Position numbers and translations under genes: made by a program
Assembly: GCA_018700055.1 (NCBI GenBank)
Contig: JABISL010000042.1
Span: 7,298-71,297 of the forward strand
Direction: 5' to 3'
Origin: a bacterium
Lineage (GTDB): Bacteria; Margulisbacteria; Marinamargulisbacteria; UBA817; JABISL01
Length of the DNA: 64,000 bases
Part shown: in pieces, positions 29,356 to 39,130 of the stretch
How positions within the stretch are numbered: position 1 is the stretch's first letter
Layout of the letters: every line of letters begins with the position of its first letter
The notes under the pieces: model-generated
Database searches by the model: none
Seen by the model: only the letters and a program-made list of their open reading frames with translations
Told to the model about the DNA's origin: nothing

Positions 29356-32070
29356 TTATTTAGTGGGTTTATTTTTTACTGTCTTGATCAGGGAGTCAAT
29401 GGTTTTTCGAATCTGTAAGAGTTCATTGAGGATAGACTTCGATGTCGGGGATTGTGATTTTAAAAGCTTTTTGTCGACGATGGGTTTCATTGGGGAGGTA
29501 TTTCCAACGATGGCATCAATGGCCGTTTCTAGTGATTTTTCCATAACAATCTTATCACCGTAAGCGAGGATTACCCGTTTAAGCTCAGGCATCTTACTTT
29601 GGGTAGCTTGCAGATAGATAGGTTCTGCATACACAAGGCTGTTTTCAAATGGAATGACCATCAGATTTCCACGAATGACTCGAGAGCCAACCTGTCCCCA
29701 TAGCGTTAAATTTTGGGAGATATCGGTATCTTGATCGATACGTGATTCGATTTGCATTGGCCCAAAGATGGTTCGTTTTTTGGAGAACTGAACGACGTTG
29801 AGTTGGCCATAGTTCTCTAGGTCCCCTTTAGCACTCATCCAGGCAATCATGTTGTTCTTGTTGGTTGGGGTAAATGGGCGCATTAAAATAAAGGATTCTT
29901 TGGTCTCGCCTGGGAGTTTGACGATCGCATGATATGGCTCCATTTTGACTTCTGTTTCGCCGTAAGTTTCGGATGGGATATCCCAAAGGTCTTCGCGGTT
30001 ATAGAATACTTGTGGGTCGGTCATATGATAGGTGCGATATAAGTCGGCTTGTATACTAAATAGGTCCTTTGGATATCGAATATGACGCTGGAGGTCGATT
30101 GGCATCTCAGCAAACGGTTTGAAAAGCGTAGGATAGAGTTTAGCGAGTGTTAAGATAATGGGATCCTTAGGATCTTTGATGTAGAAGTGGGGCATTCCAT
30201 CATAGGCATCAATCGTTACACTGACAGAGTTGCGGATATAGTTAAGTGTATTGCGGTAAGGTTCGGAATAGGGGAACTTGTTGGAATGTGTGTAGCCATC
30301 CATCATCCATACCATCCGTCCAGAATCGCTTAATACAAGATAAGGATCATTGTCATAGGCAATATAAGGTGTGATTTTTTTCACAATTGTCGCAATGTTT
30401 CGATCATATAAGAGACGACTTTCGGGGCGGATGTAGTTACTGATTAATATTTTGATATCTGAGAACTTGATTGCATAGATTAGTCGATGGAAGATGCTAG
30501 AGAGTTGGATTCCACCCGATCCTTGATAGTGAGTGAGCTGGTTCTTGGACCCTTTGGGGTAATCGAACTCCTTTAACGAGGTGTTCGCAATGATGTAGTT
30601 GTTGGGTTTTTCACCAAAGTAAATTTCAGGGCGTGTAATGGGAAGTCCAACGTGGCTAACTGGGGGAAGGTCTTTGATGAAAAATACTGGGAGGCCTTCG
30701 GGACTAACTTGATTGACAGGCGAGAGGCATAGCCCATAACCATGCGTATAGACCAAGTGTCTGTTTAGCCAGGTTTGTGCTTGGGGGCTAAGTTGATCGA
30801 TGACCATCTCACGAGCTGATAACATGACTTGCCTAAGTGTCCCGTCAATCATGTAGCGATCAACATCCACTTGTCCAAATTCATAGTAGAGTCGGATTTC
30901 TTGAAGTTGTTTAAAAGTCTGTTTTAAGGGCTCGCGGTTCCATAATCGAATATTGTTAAGGGTTACCCGATTGTCTTGTAGTGTTTTGTCAGACAAGGTG
31001 TTTTGCAGGTCTAGTTCAGAGACTTTTACTTTATCTAACCCGTAAGCAATGCGTGTGTAATTGATGTTATGTTTGATGTAGGGGAGTTCTTTTTGAATTT
31101 CGTTAGGGGAAACAATGAAGTTTTGAACAATAGAAGGAATGACATTTCCTACGAATAGACTAGAGATAATAATCAGTCCAAATCCCAAAGCAGGAATCCT
31201 TAGGGACGATCGAAAGGCCCATATTAATAATATGACACCCTCAAATAAAAGTAAGAAGGCCTGAATGCGTTGACTAAATAAGCGAACATGGATGTCTGTG
31301 TATCCGGCACCAAATACACTGCCGTCAGTAGAATAGAGGAGCTCCGCCATATTAAGAAACGAATCAGCGGAACTGTTAAAGCAAAGAATTGCCAGTATGA
31401 AAGCAATATGGATTTTGATGCCAGAGCTACGCTGGCTAGAAAATACATATGCGAGAATGTTTTGTGAAAAATAGACCCATCCCACGAACCCTAGGGTAAA
31501 GATTATTAGTGTGGATATGAGGTTTTGAAGTTTTTGGAATAACGGGAGCGTAAATACATAAAAGCCCATGTCTCGATTGAAGATAGGTTCAATGATGTTA
31601 AAAGGAGTTTGATGGATGTATAAATACCATTCTTGCCACCAGGACTTAGTGATTAATGCAAAAAAACTAGCTAGTCCAAGGACCCCAAGGATCAATAATG
31701 TCCGATAAGCCTTGCTAGAAAGTGCGGCAAAACTACTCGTTGATTTGTATGATTGGAACGATCGGTAAAGGTCATTCATAAATTCAAAAGGTGGGTTGAA
31801 GTGGGGTGTAGATAATTTGGACTTCGTCGAAGCGCTTATACGTCGAGCGATCCAGACATTGAGTCCAATAAAGGTGGAAAATACGGCCAATGCGACTCCA
31901 AATACACGGAGTTGTGCGTGAAGGGTAAACCACCATACGGGCTCAGCGTTAAACGATCTGAACCAGAGTAACTCTGGGTATAGGTTGAGAATGAATCGGG
32001 TAAAAGGGATTCCAAATAGAATCAAAACGGGGAATAGTGTCATTAACACTAGCGTTTTTGAACGTTTCAT
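29356..32070 (-). CDS. UPF0182-family large membrane protein
   Basis: 904 aa; about 7 N-terminal TM helices followed by a large soluble region, matching the UPF0182/COG1615 architecture. Confidence 0.55.
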   Translation of the reverse strand: MKRSKTLVLMTLFPVLILFGIPFTRFILNLYPELLWFRSFNAEPVWWFTLHAQLRVFGVALAVFSTFIGLNVWIARRISASTKSKLSTPHFNPPFEFMNDLYRSFQSYKSTSSFAALSSKAYRTLLILGVLGLASFFALITKSWWQEWYLYIHQTPFNIIEPIFNRDMGFYVFTLPLFQKLQNLISTLIIFTLGFVGWVYFSQNILAYVFSSQRSSGIKIHIAFILAILCFNSSADSFLNMAELLYSTDGSVFGAGYTDIHVRLFSQRIQAFLLLFEGVILLIWAFRSSLRIPALGFGLIIISSLFVGNVIPSIVQNFIVSPNEIQKELPYIKHNINYTRIAYGLDKVKVSELDLQNTLSDKTLQDNRVTLNNIRLWNREPLKQTFKQLQEIRLYYEFGQVDVDRYMIDGTLRQVMLSAREMVIDQLSPQAQTWLNRHLVYTHGYGLCLSPVNQVSPEGLPVFFIKDLPPVSHVGLPITRPEIYFGEKPNNYIIANTSLKEFDYPKGSKNQLTHYQGSGGIQLSSIFHRLIYAIKFSDIKILISNYIRPESRLLYDRNIATIVKKITPYIAYDNDPYLVLSDSGRMVWMMDGYTHSNKFPYSEPYRNTLNYIRNSVSVTIDAYDGMPHFYIKDPKDPIILTLAKLYPTLFKPFAEMPIDLQRHIRYPKDLFSIQADLYRTYHMTDPQVFYNREDLWDIPSETYGETEVKMEPYHAIVKLPGETKESFILMRPFTPTNKNNMIAWMSAKGDLENYGQLNVVQFSKKRTIFGPMQIESRIDQDTDISQNLTLWGQVGSRVIRGNLMVIPFENSLVYAEPIYLQATQSKMPELKRVILAYGDKIVMEKSLETAIDAIVGNTSPMKPIVDKKLLKSQSPTSKSILNELLQIRKTIDSLIKTVKNKPTK

Positions 32071-32115
32071 TTGGCCTATTATATGTGGGACTCACCGCTT
32101 GCGTAAAGGAGTAAG

Positions 32116-32192
32116 TGGTAGCGGCGAGTGGATTTGAACCACTGACCTCACGATTATGAGCCGTGCGCTCTTACCAACTGAGCTACGCCGCC
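32116..32192 (-). tRNA. tRNA-Met or tRNA-Ile2 (anticodon CAT), elongator type, CCA encoded
   Basis: rc reads GGCGGCGTAGCTCAGTTGGTAAGAGCGCACGGCTCATAATCGTGAGGTCAGTGGTTCAAATCCACTCGCCGCTACCA; cloverleaf complete; G1-U72, so not an initiator. Confidence 0.9.
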
Positions 32193-32266
32193 ACTTATTA
32201 GATCTCAGAAATTATACAGAAAACCTAAGGAGCTGGAAAGTCGGCGCTAAGAAAGTTGGCTTCGAA

Positions 32267-32980
32267 TTATTGATTCGAGCCTAGCTTGTTAATTTGAGCG
32301 AGCTCTTTTTTGGTGAGTTGGGCGACCTGCCCTTCTTTTAGACCTTCTAACTCTATAGGGCCTATAGACAAGCGCTTTAGACTAATATTGTTGTAACCAA
32401 AGAGTTCAAAAATGCGGCGAATAATTCGGTTTCGTCCTTCAGTAATGGTGATAACGACTTCATTGTCAGAGACGCGAGTTACGGATTCCGCTTGAACAGG
32501 GCCGTCGCTTAAGAATATTCCTGCCTTAAGGCGTTGTTCTATATTAAGGGGGAGCGGGGAATTGACTTTTATTTGGTACGTTTTGGGTACTTCAAATGTC
32601 GGATGTAGGATCATATGGGCGAAGTTGCCGTCATTGGTCAGTAATAGAAGTCCATTGGTGTTGCGGTCCAGACGCCCGATTGGAAATAACTGTTCGGGTA
32701 ATCCTTTGAGGCATTTTCTGAGATCATCTCTGCCTTTTGGGTCCTCTAAGGTGCAAATAATATTTCGCGGTTTATTAAGCTTGAAATAGAGTAATTCCAT
32801 TTCGGATTTGATTCCCGTTCCGTCCATCTTTACCCTGTCTTTTTCAGGGTTGATTAAGTGAGTGAACTTGCTAATTACTTTGTTATTTACTGTGACACGT
32901 CCTTGTTTGATTGCGTCTGTTATCTTTCGTCTAGAAAGCGGGGTTTGGGATGCTATAAATTGTTCGATGGATTGTTTCAT
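32267..32980 (-). CDS. RsuA/RluB-family rRNA pseudouridine synthase
   Basis: 237 aa; N-terminal S4 domain, catalytic GRLD motif (PIGRLDRNTNGLLLLTND). Confidence 0.75.
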   Translation of the reverse strand: MKQSIEQFIASQTPLSRRKITDAIKQGRVTVNNKVISKFTHLINPEKDRVKMDGTGIKSEMELLYFKLNKPRNIICTLEDPKGRDDLRKCLKGLPEQLFPIGRLDRNTNGLLLLTNDGNFAHMILHPTFEVPKTYQIKVNSPLPLNIEQRLKAGIFLSDGPVQAESVTRVSDNEVVITITEGRNRIIRRIFELFGYNNISLKRLSIGPIELEGLKEGQVAQLTKKELAQINKLGSNQ

Positions 32981-33528
32981 ATTGAGTCTTGGATAATGGC
33001 TTTTGGTTGTCCGGTAATCTGTACCGTTTTTTTGGATAAATCACTGATAAATTGATTGCTGGTCAGCTGAATCCCCTTGGTGGTAATAATGATTCTGCCG
33101 TCCCCATAAATTTGATTCCGTTTATCGTTCCAAGTCATAGTATCACTACTCAAGTGGATCGGATATGCCATAGTGTAAAATGTCGCCTCGGCTTGACGGA
33201 GACTGAACTGGTTTTTTTTGGTGTAAATATGGGCGACGGGCGCACTAATATGAGCGGTTTTAACACCGTTGTTATAAAAGTTGCTACTGACATCTTCTAC
33301 GAGAGTGATCCCTTTGTCTTTGAAGGTAGAGGCTGTTTCTGCGGTGAGTTTCATGTCGACATTACCGTTTCTTAATAGCGAGATGGTGACATTAGTGAAT
33401 ATGTAATCGGCTTTGGTTTCATTGATATGTGTTTGGGGTAATTGCGGGGGAGTTAGTGTGTAAGAGATGACCCAAATGACAAATCCGAGTAAAAACCAAT
33501 ATTGATAGTGCCATAGTTTTTTTAGCAT
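32977..33528 (-). CDS. Membrane-anchored periplasmic protein, possibly LptC-like
   Basis: 183 aa; single N-terminal TM helix then beta-rich domain; assignment by architecture only. Confidence 0.3.
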   Translation of the reverse strand: MLKKLWHYQYWFLLGFVIWVISYTLTPPQLPQTHINETKADYIFTNVTISLLRNGNVDMKLTAETASTFKDKGITLVEDVSSNFYNNGVKTAHISAPVAHIYTKKNQFSLRQAEATFYTMAYPIHLSSDTMTWNDKRNQIYGDGRIIITTKGIQLTSNQFISDLSKKTVQITGQPKAIIQDSI

Positions 33529-33531
33529 GTG

Positions 33532-34158
33532 TTATTCCGGAGGCGTTGGGGTGTATTTGGCTTCTGCCGATTTAAGTCGAACAACGTGCATGGACTCTCC
33601 CAAGAATCCAAAATAGTCTCCGGAGTCGAGTTGGGCTTTGGCATAGAGAAAGTGTACCGCAGTCGCATTGGGTTCGATCGCTAGCGCTTTTTTACACCAG
33701 GATATGCAAGTGGCGTAATTTTTTTGCTCCCCATAGAGCAACGCAATTAGACCCATGGCCCACACTTGTTTGGGGTTCAGGGTGACGACTTTTTTGAATG
33801 AGCGAATAGCCGCTTCTTTTTTGTCTTGAAAGTAATAGGCAAAAGCTATTTTGAAATGATGTTTCCAATTGTTGGGTTCTAGCTGAAGCTTGGCTGTATA
33901 GTTTGTGAGTACCTTGTCCGCATAGTTTTTGTCATAGTCGGGGACCATTGATAACTGCTCCCAAGCGATTTCGATCCATCCGGTATAGGCATAGTTCATA
34001 GCTAATTCGAATCGCGTTTCGGCATTGGATAGTGCATGTACTTTGGCTTCCAGTGCCCGTTGTTCTTTTACAAGATCTTCGGGAATATGAAAAATGGCTC
34101 CGTGAGCGAATCCAGTAAGGAAGACTATGCAGGATAGTAGAGCAACATATCGTTTCAT
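33532..34158 (-). CDS. Secreted TPR-repeat protein
   Basis: 208 aa; signal peptide MKRYVALLSCIVFLTGFAHG; TPR-like helical repeats. Confidence 0.55.
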   Translation of the reverse strand: MKRYVALLSCIVFLTGFAHGAIFHIPEDLVKEQRALEAKVHALSNAETRFELAMNYAYTGWIEIAWEQLSMVPDYDKNYADKVLTNYTAKLQLEPNNWKHHFKIAFAYYFQDKKEAAIRSFKKVVTLNPKQVWAMGLIALLYGEQKNYATCISWCKKALAIEPNATAVHFLYAKAQLDSGDYFGFLGESMHVVRLKSAEAKYTPTPPE

Positions 34159-35015
34159 GAGGGTCTTGGAACATCTCCAGTTAAGACAATTTTGGCTATT
34201 TCTATCATAGCATTTCGGTAGGGGCGTTTGCTTTTCATAAAGGGGCTTAATAGCGTATATATGAGGAGTCTAGGGAGAACGTCGACCCAAATTAAAACGC
34301 GGAATAAGGGGTAGCAAAACCAGGGGTAATATTTGCGACATAAATATAAGCTGCCACGATAACCTGCGACCATGGATTGGGGTTTTCGCGTACTAGTAGC
34401 TAGTCCCCCGAAATGTGTAATTTCAACAGTGGGTAAATATATTATGGGTCGTTTTAATTTTTTGAGTTGGTTACAAAAGTCGGTGTCTTCATTGTAGAAA
34501 AATAAGTTTTCATCCAAGCCTCCGATACTTTCATAAAGGGGTTTTGGTGTCATTAAACACGCGCCGGAAATAAATGAAACAGGTAGTGGAGTTTTGCTTT
34601 TGAATCGCCATGATCCAAGGCCACTGCCTTGAGGTTGGAGGCTGCCATCCCTGTTAAGTAGTTTGGGTGATAGAGCGCCCGTTTTAGGATTTGATTTGAA
34701 GTAGTTTAGCATGCCTTGAAGAGCTGTTGGGGGGACCAGGGTATCGTTATTGAGAAGTAATAAGTAATCGCCCTTACAATGGGGTAAGCAGAGGTTGTTT
34801 CCTCTGGCGAATCCACTATTTTCGGGGTTTTGGATAAAGGTAATTTTGGTTTTGTATGTTTTGATTATTTCCGGTGAATTATCTGTGGAGGCATTATCAA
34901 TGACAATTACCTCAAATGGATCGGATGTAACGGATGCCAAAACAGAGTCCAGGCAATCGGCAATAAAACCGGCACTATTGTAGTTGACGATAATGATACT
35001 GAGTAAAGGGGTCAC
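34155..35015 (-). CDS. Family 2 glycosyltransferase
   Basis: 286 aa; LSIIIVNYNS..DNASTD GT2 motifs, DxD region. Confidence 0.75.
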   Translation of the reverse strand: MTPLLSIIIVNYNSAGFIADCLDSVLASVTSDPFEVIVIDNASTDNSPEIIKTYKTKITFIQNPENSGFARGNNLCLPHCKGDYLLLLNNDTLVPPTALQGMLNYFKSNPKTGALSPKLLNRDGSLQPQGSGLGSWRFKSKTPLPVSFISGACLMTPKPLYESIGGLDENLFFYNEDTDFCNQLKKLKRPIIYLPTVEITHFGGLATSTRKPQSMVAGYRGSLYLCRKYYPWFCYPLFRVLIWVDVLPRLLIYTLLSPFMKSKRPYRNAMIEIAKIVLTGDVPRPS

Positions 35016-35017
35016 GG

Positions 35018-35521
35018 TTATAGTGCTGTTGTAGCTGCTTTTTGTGATACCCGTTGTGCGGTTTCAGAAATGGGGTTTGCTAAAAAGGGAAGAGCAACTG
35101 TTTTTAGTAATGTGTTGGATTCTTCCTCAGAGGCATCCAGTTGAATATCCCAGATCGTAGATTTCGATAATTGGTTTATTTTTGAGTTAAACTTGGCCTC
35201 GATTTGATCAATGAGACGATGTTCCCCCGTGTAGTCATTCGCCGTAACCTGGAACTGAACGCTATCGGACCCAGAGGTAAAAGGGCTGCTAAACCGATGA
35301 CTTTCTTTGTTGGGATTGGCGATATAATAGCTGTCATTCAAAATTTGAGTTACCAATGCTGTGGCCGCTTCTTCAGATAGGTCAGTTGTTATGTCCCATT
35401 GAATAGTCCGTCGAAGGCTTTTTAGTTGACTCAACCCTTTTAAATTTACCAAAGCTTCTTTCGCTGATAAGCAAGTTAGATCAGTGTTTTTTTGGGATAT
35501 CCAAACGGTGATTTGGCTCAT
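35018..35521 (-). CDS. Tandem PurS-like protein (two PurS-type repeats)
   Basis: Two ~80-aa halves each ending in an (I/L)ANP..E motif typical of PurS; start placed at MSQITVW right after purQ stop; the ORF track extends it 12 codons upstream. Confidence 0.4.
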   Translation of the reverse strand: MSQITVWISQKNTDLTCLSAKEALVNLKGLSQLKSLRRTIQWDITTDLSEEAATALVTQILNDSYYIANPNKESHRFSSPFTSGSDSVQFQVTANDYTGEHRLIDQIEAKFNSKINQLSKSTIWDIQLDASEEESNTLLKTVALPFLANPISETAQRVSQKAATTAL

Positions 35522-36279
35522 GATAGGTCCTTTAATGCAGCAAATAATGGGGCCCAAGGACCTGTAGAAGTGGTGTTTGATTCAATCCAACTTGGGATTT
35601 GCTTAGTCTCTACGGCGCGCTCAGGGTGAGGCATCATTGCAAAGACATTTCCCTTTTGATTGCCGATTCCAGCGATGTTGGATTGGGTGCCATTGGGATT
35701 TGTTGGGAAGTCTGTTTCGATGGTTCCTTCTGATGTGCAATAGACCAGTGTAGGGTAGTTTTTAATGACTGTTTCATCTGCAAAAATAAACCGTCCCATT
35801 CCGTGGTTTACGGGGATAGGTAACGGCGTGGTAGTGTCAAACGCTGCTAAAAATCGATTCGCCTGAGGCTGTGTTGCTTTGACATAGATCCAATCACAGA
35901 TGTGTCCGATTTGCTCATTGTTGAGTTGATTAGGGGTCAGTGCTACTTCGCGAGAGTCGCTTCCTTTTGCATTGGGAATGAGTCCTGTTTCAGCAAGAAT
36001 TTGGCAGCCATTACAAATCCCTAAGATTAGTTTGTTGGCTTGATCTGCTTTTCGAAGGTAATCAATAATCGGAAGGTTAGCAGCAATTACGCCACAACGT
36101 ACACGATCTTGATAAGAAAACCCGCCAGGTAGGATGTACGCAGAGTAGCTATTAAACTCTTCTTCGGAGCAATTCCATCGGATGATTTGAGCACTTATGC
36201 CTTGGTTAGTGCAAGCGCGAACGGTTTCGCGTTCACAATTACTTCCGGGGAATTGAATAACGGCAACGGATGGAGTCAT
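35518..36279 (-). CDS. purQ: Phosphoribosylformylglycinamidine synthase glutaminase subunit PurQ (class I GATase)
   Basis: 253 aa; FPGSNCE, catalytic Cys in GICNGCQIL, C-terminal MMPHPERA. Confidence 0.7.
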   Translation of the reverse strand: MTPSVAVIQFPGSNCERETVRACTNQGISAQIIRWNCSEEEFNSYSAYILPGGFSYQDRVRCGVIAANLPIIDYLRKADQANKLILGICNGCQILAETGLIPNAKGSDSREVALTPNQLNNEQIGHICDWIYVKATQPQANRFLAAFDTTTPLPIPVNHGMGRFIFADETVIKNYPTLVYCTSEGTIETDFPTNPNGTQSNIAGIGNQKGNVFAMMPHPERAVETKQIPSWIESNTTSTGPWAPLFAALKDLS

Positions 36280-37256
36280 TATCGGAAAAAATCTCGCTCT
36301 ACGTTGATGGATGCGATCATGCCATCCGATACAGCTGTAGCTATTTGGCGAACTTGTTTGCTGCGAATATCGCCTGCTGCATAGATGCCTGGAATATTGG
36401 TTCTCATAAATTCGTCAGTAATGATAAATCCATCTTCGTCAGTGTCGATCTCTACACTGATAATATCTTCGGGAGGGATGCGGCCGACATAAACAAATAT
36501 GCCTTTTACATCCAACCAAGTATGTTGGCTGTTTACAGTGTTTTCAACCTTGGCTTTTTCAACCCGATCAATTCCAAATACTTCGGATACTTTGGAGTCC
36601 CAGAAGATATCAATTTTAGGATTTGTTTCAACGCTTTGTTTGATGCTTTTTACGGCCCGTAGATGGTCCTTGGAATGCACCATATAGACCTTGTTAACAA
36701 AGTTGGAGAGATAGTCCGCTGCGTAACATGCACAGTTTCCACCACCGATGACCATGACGTCTTCTTCATGATGAAATTCTACATCGCCTCGAGCATAATA
36801 AGAGACGCCGCGACCTAGGAACTGACGTTCAAAGTTGGTGTCCAATCGTTTGGGTTCTAACCCCAAAGCAAAGATAATGGCCTGACATTTATATTCGCTA
36901 TCTAAACTGGTTTTGATGATTTTTTCTTTGTCGGAAATATTTAAGATATCTGTTACGGATTCGCAAACATGGGTAATCGTAGGGTAATCATTGAGCTGAT
37001 CTTCCATTCGTTTGCCCAGGTCTTCTCCTAATATCCCTTTTGGAAAGCCAATGTAGTTGCTGATTTTGCATGCGGTAGATGTTTCGCCGCCGGGCAATGC
37101 CTTTTCGATGAGTAGGACATTTAAATTGGCTCGCGCAGCACCCAGGGCTGCGGACATTCCTGCAGGTCCGGCTCCAATTATAGCAACGTCAAAGCGTTCT
37201 GTTTCTTTGGGTGCTTGGCGTTCTAATTCTGTTTCTGTTTGTGTGTTGTCGATCAT
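36279..37256 (-). CDS. Thioredoxin-reductase-like flavoprotein lacking the CxxC redox site (YumC-type ferredoxin-NADP+ reductase-like)
   Basis: 325 aa; FAD motif IIGAGPAG, NADPH motif VIGGGN, but YYARGD sits where TrxB has CATCDG. Confidence 0.65.
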   Translation of the reverse strand: MIDNTQTETELERQAPKETERFDVAIIGAGPAGMSAALGAARANLNVLLIEKALPGGETSTACKISNYIGFPKGILGEDLGKRMEDQLNDYPTITHVCESVTDILNISDKEKIIKTSLDSEYKCQAIIFALGLEPKRLDTNFERQFLGRGVSYYARGDVEFHHEEDVMVIGGGNCACYAADYLSNFVNKVYMVHSKDHLRAVKSIKQSVETNPKIDIFWDSKVSEVFGIDRVEKAKVENTVNSQHTWLDVKGIFVYVGRIPPEDIISVEIDTDEDGFIITDEFMRTNIPGIYAAGDIRSKQVRQIATAVSDGMIASINVERDFFR

Positions 37257-37280
37257 AATAACCCCTATAGTTGTACTATT

Positions 37281-37697
37281 TTATAACGATTTTGAAAATG
37301 TTACCTTAGTTTTTCCCCGAGTAATGAGTTTGTTTGTTTTTAGATTAAAGACGATTGACTCAGATTTGAGAATGTCTGACTCATCTTTTATTTGTGATTC
37401 CCCAGTAAGCGTGACGATTTGAGCCGGAATATTATAGTCGGCTTCGTGGGACTTTCCTTTATAAGGGGGGTAATCGAAGAGGGCTTTTTTGATTTGGATT
37501 GTGCGGGTGTCTTGGTCATAGTTTACGGACGAGCCACTAATAGTCATTTTTTTTCGAGTGACCGAAACGTTGCCATCGGCAATGATTTGATTACTGACAC
37601 CATCCAATATAAACGTATTGGCTTTGACAATAATGTTTTGCGCACTAAGTGGCAGCGATAATAAAATGAAGGATAAGGACAGAAACGTTTTTTTCAT
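37281..37697 (-). CDS. Small secreted protein, possibly LptA/OstA-N-like
   Basis: 138 aa; signal peptide MKKTFLSLSFILLSLPLSAQN; beta-rich; weak resemblance to LptA fold only. Confidence 0.35.
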   Translation of the reverse strand: MKKTFLSLSFILLSLPLSAQNIIVKANTFILDGVSNQIIADGNVSVTRKKMTISGSSVNYDQDTRTIQIKKALFDYPPYKGKSHEADYNIPAQIVTLTGESQIKDESDILKSESIVFNLKTNKLITRGKTKVTFSKSL

Positions 37698-37723
37698 ATC
37701 TAAATCCCTTCATTTATTTATAG

Positions 37724-37799
37724 TGGTGACCCGGGTGGGGGTCGAACCCACGACCACCTGATTAAAAGTCAGGTGCTCTACCAACTGAGCTACCGGATC
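37724..37799 (-). tRNA. tRNA-Lys (anticodon TTT), CCA encoded
   Basis: rc reads GATCCGGTAGCTCAGTTGGTAGAGCACCTGACTTTTAATCAGGTGGTCGTGGGTTCGACCCCCACCCGGGTCACCA. Confidence 0.9.
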
Positions 37800-37933
37800 A
37801 ATAGTTGTATAAACTTAACGGAAAGTGGGCAGCCTGACAATAGGCAGTCTATTAGTGTTAGAGATTTCGTTGGAATTGATATGTTAGACTGGATTAATAA
37901 ATTATAAATATTCTTTTTTTGGAGTGCTTTTCT

Positions 37934-39130
37934 ATGAAACTAAATACCCAAATTTTTCTCGGTTTAATTCTCGGTGTAGTCGTTGGCTTAGTCTTAGGTG
38001 ATGCGGCTGTTTTGTTTGAAACGGTAGGGGAAGTCTTTTTAAGATTATTGAAGATGCTTATTATCCCGCTTATTTTGTCCTCCATTGTTATGGGGATTGT
38101 GAGCTTGGGAGATGTGCACCATTTAGGTAAATTGGGTGGCCGGACTGGGTTTTATTTTCTTGGTACGACTCTTTTGTCGTGTACCTTAGGGGCGTTTATT
38201 GCGACGATGTTGAAACCTGGAATTGGATCAGGGTTAACGGTAGCTAACTTTTCAGGGGAAGCTTTGACGAATGAGACGATGTCTTGGGGAACGATATTTA
38301 CGCAGATTGTGCCTAGTAATATTGTTGGGTCAATGGCTCAAGGACAAATGTTGCCTACTATTTTCTTTGCTCTTATATTTGGTGCGGCGCTAATTTCTAT
38401 CGGTCCTAAAGGAGAAAAAATTATTCAGTGGATGGATAGTTTTAATGAAGTCATTCTTAAGTTGGTAGATTGGGTTATGCGTTTGGCACCGATTGGTGTT
38501 TTTGCACTTATGGCAGCCTTAGTAGGGGATACTGGATTGGAGGCATTTGTTCCTTTAGCTTTATATATTTTGACTGTGTTATTGGGTCTTTTTATTCATG
38601 GTCTTATTTTCTTGCCAATTATTTTGATTGTATTTGGTGGGTTCTCCCCATTTGTACTAATTCGACATGCATCTCCTGCATTGGCGATGGCCTTTTCTAC
38701 GAGTAGTAGTATGGCTACGTTGCCGATTACGATGGACTTTCTTAAGAAAAAGGTTGGGATATCCAATCGAGTGGCTAGTTTTGTTTGTCCATTAGGTGCC
38801 ACGATTAACATGGATGGAACCGCGTTGTACCAGGTTGTTGCGTCGATTTTTATCGCTCAGGTTTACGGTATTCATCTCTCTATGGGGCAGCTTGCGATTA
38901 TTGTTGTCACAGCAACATTGGCATCCATAGGTGCCGCTGCTATCCCAAGTGCTGGGTTGGTAACAATGGCAATAATTTTGAATGCTGTTGGGCTTCCTAT
39001 TGAAGGAATTGGCTTGATTTTGGCAGTGGATCGAATTCTGGATATGGTTAGAACGTCAGTTAACGTTCTGTCAGATTTGGTAGGATCTGTGATTGTAGCG
39101 CGTCGTGAAGGTGAGTCTTTGACCCTTTGA
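37934..39130 (+). CDS. Dicarboxylate/amino acid:cation symporter (DAACS family)
   Basis: About 400 aa, 8-10 TM helices with the GltP/DctA-like reentrant loop region; ATG at 37934 with GGAG upstream; the track ORF starts at an upstream TTG (37919). Confidence 0.75.
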   Translation: MKLNTQIFLGLILGVVVGLVLGDAAVLFETVGEVFLRLLKMLIIPLILSSIVMGIVSLGDVHHLGKLGGRTGFYFLGTTLLSCTLGAFIATMLKPGIGSGLTVANFSGEALTNETMSWGTIFTQIVPSNIVGSMAQGQMLPTIFFALIFGAALISIGPKGEKIIQWMDSFNEVILKLVDWVMRLAPIGVFALMAALVGDTGLEAFVPLALYILTVLLGLFIHGLIFLPIILIVFGGFSPFVLIRHASPALAMAFSTSSSMATLPITMDFLKKKVGISNRVASFVCPLGATINMDGTALYQVVASIFIAQVYGIHLSMGQLAIIVVTATLASIGAAAIPSAGLVTMAIILNAVGLPIEGIGLILAVDRILDMVRTSVNVLSDLVGSVIVARREGESLTL

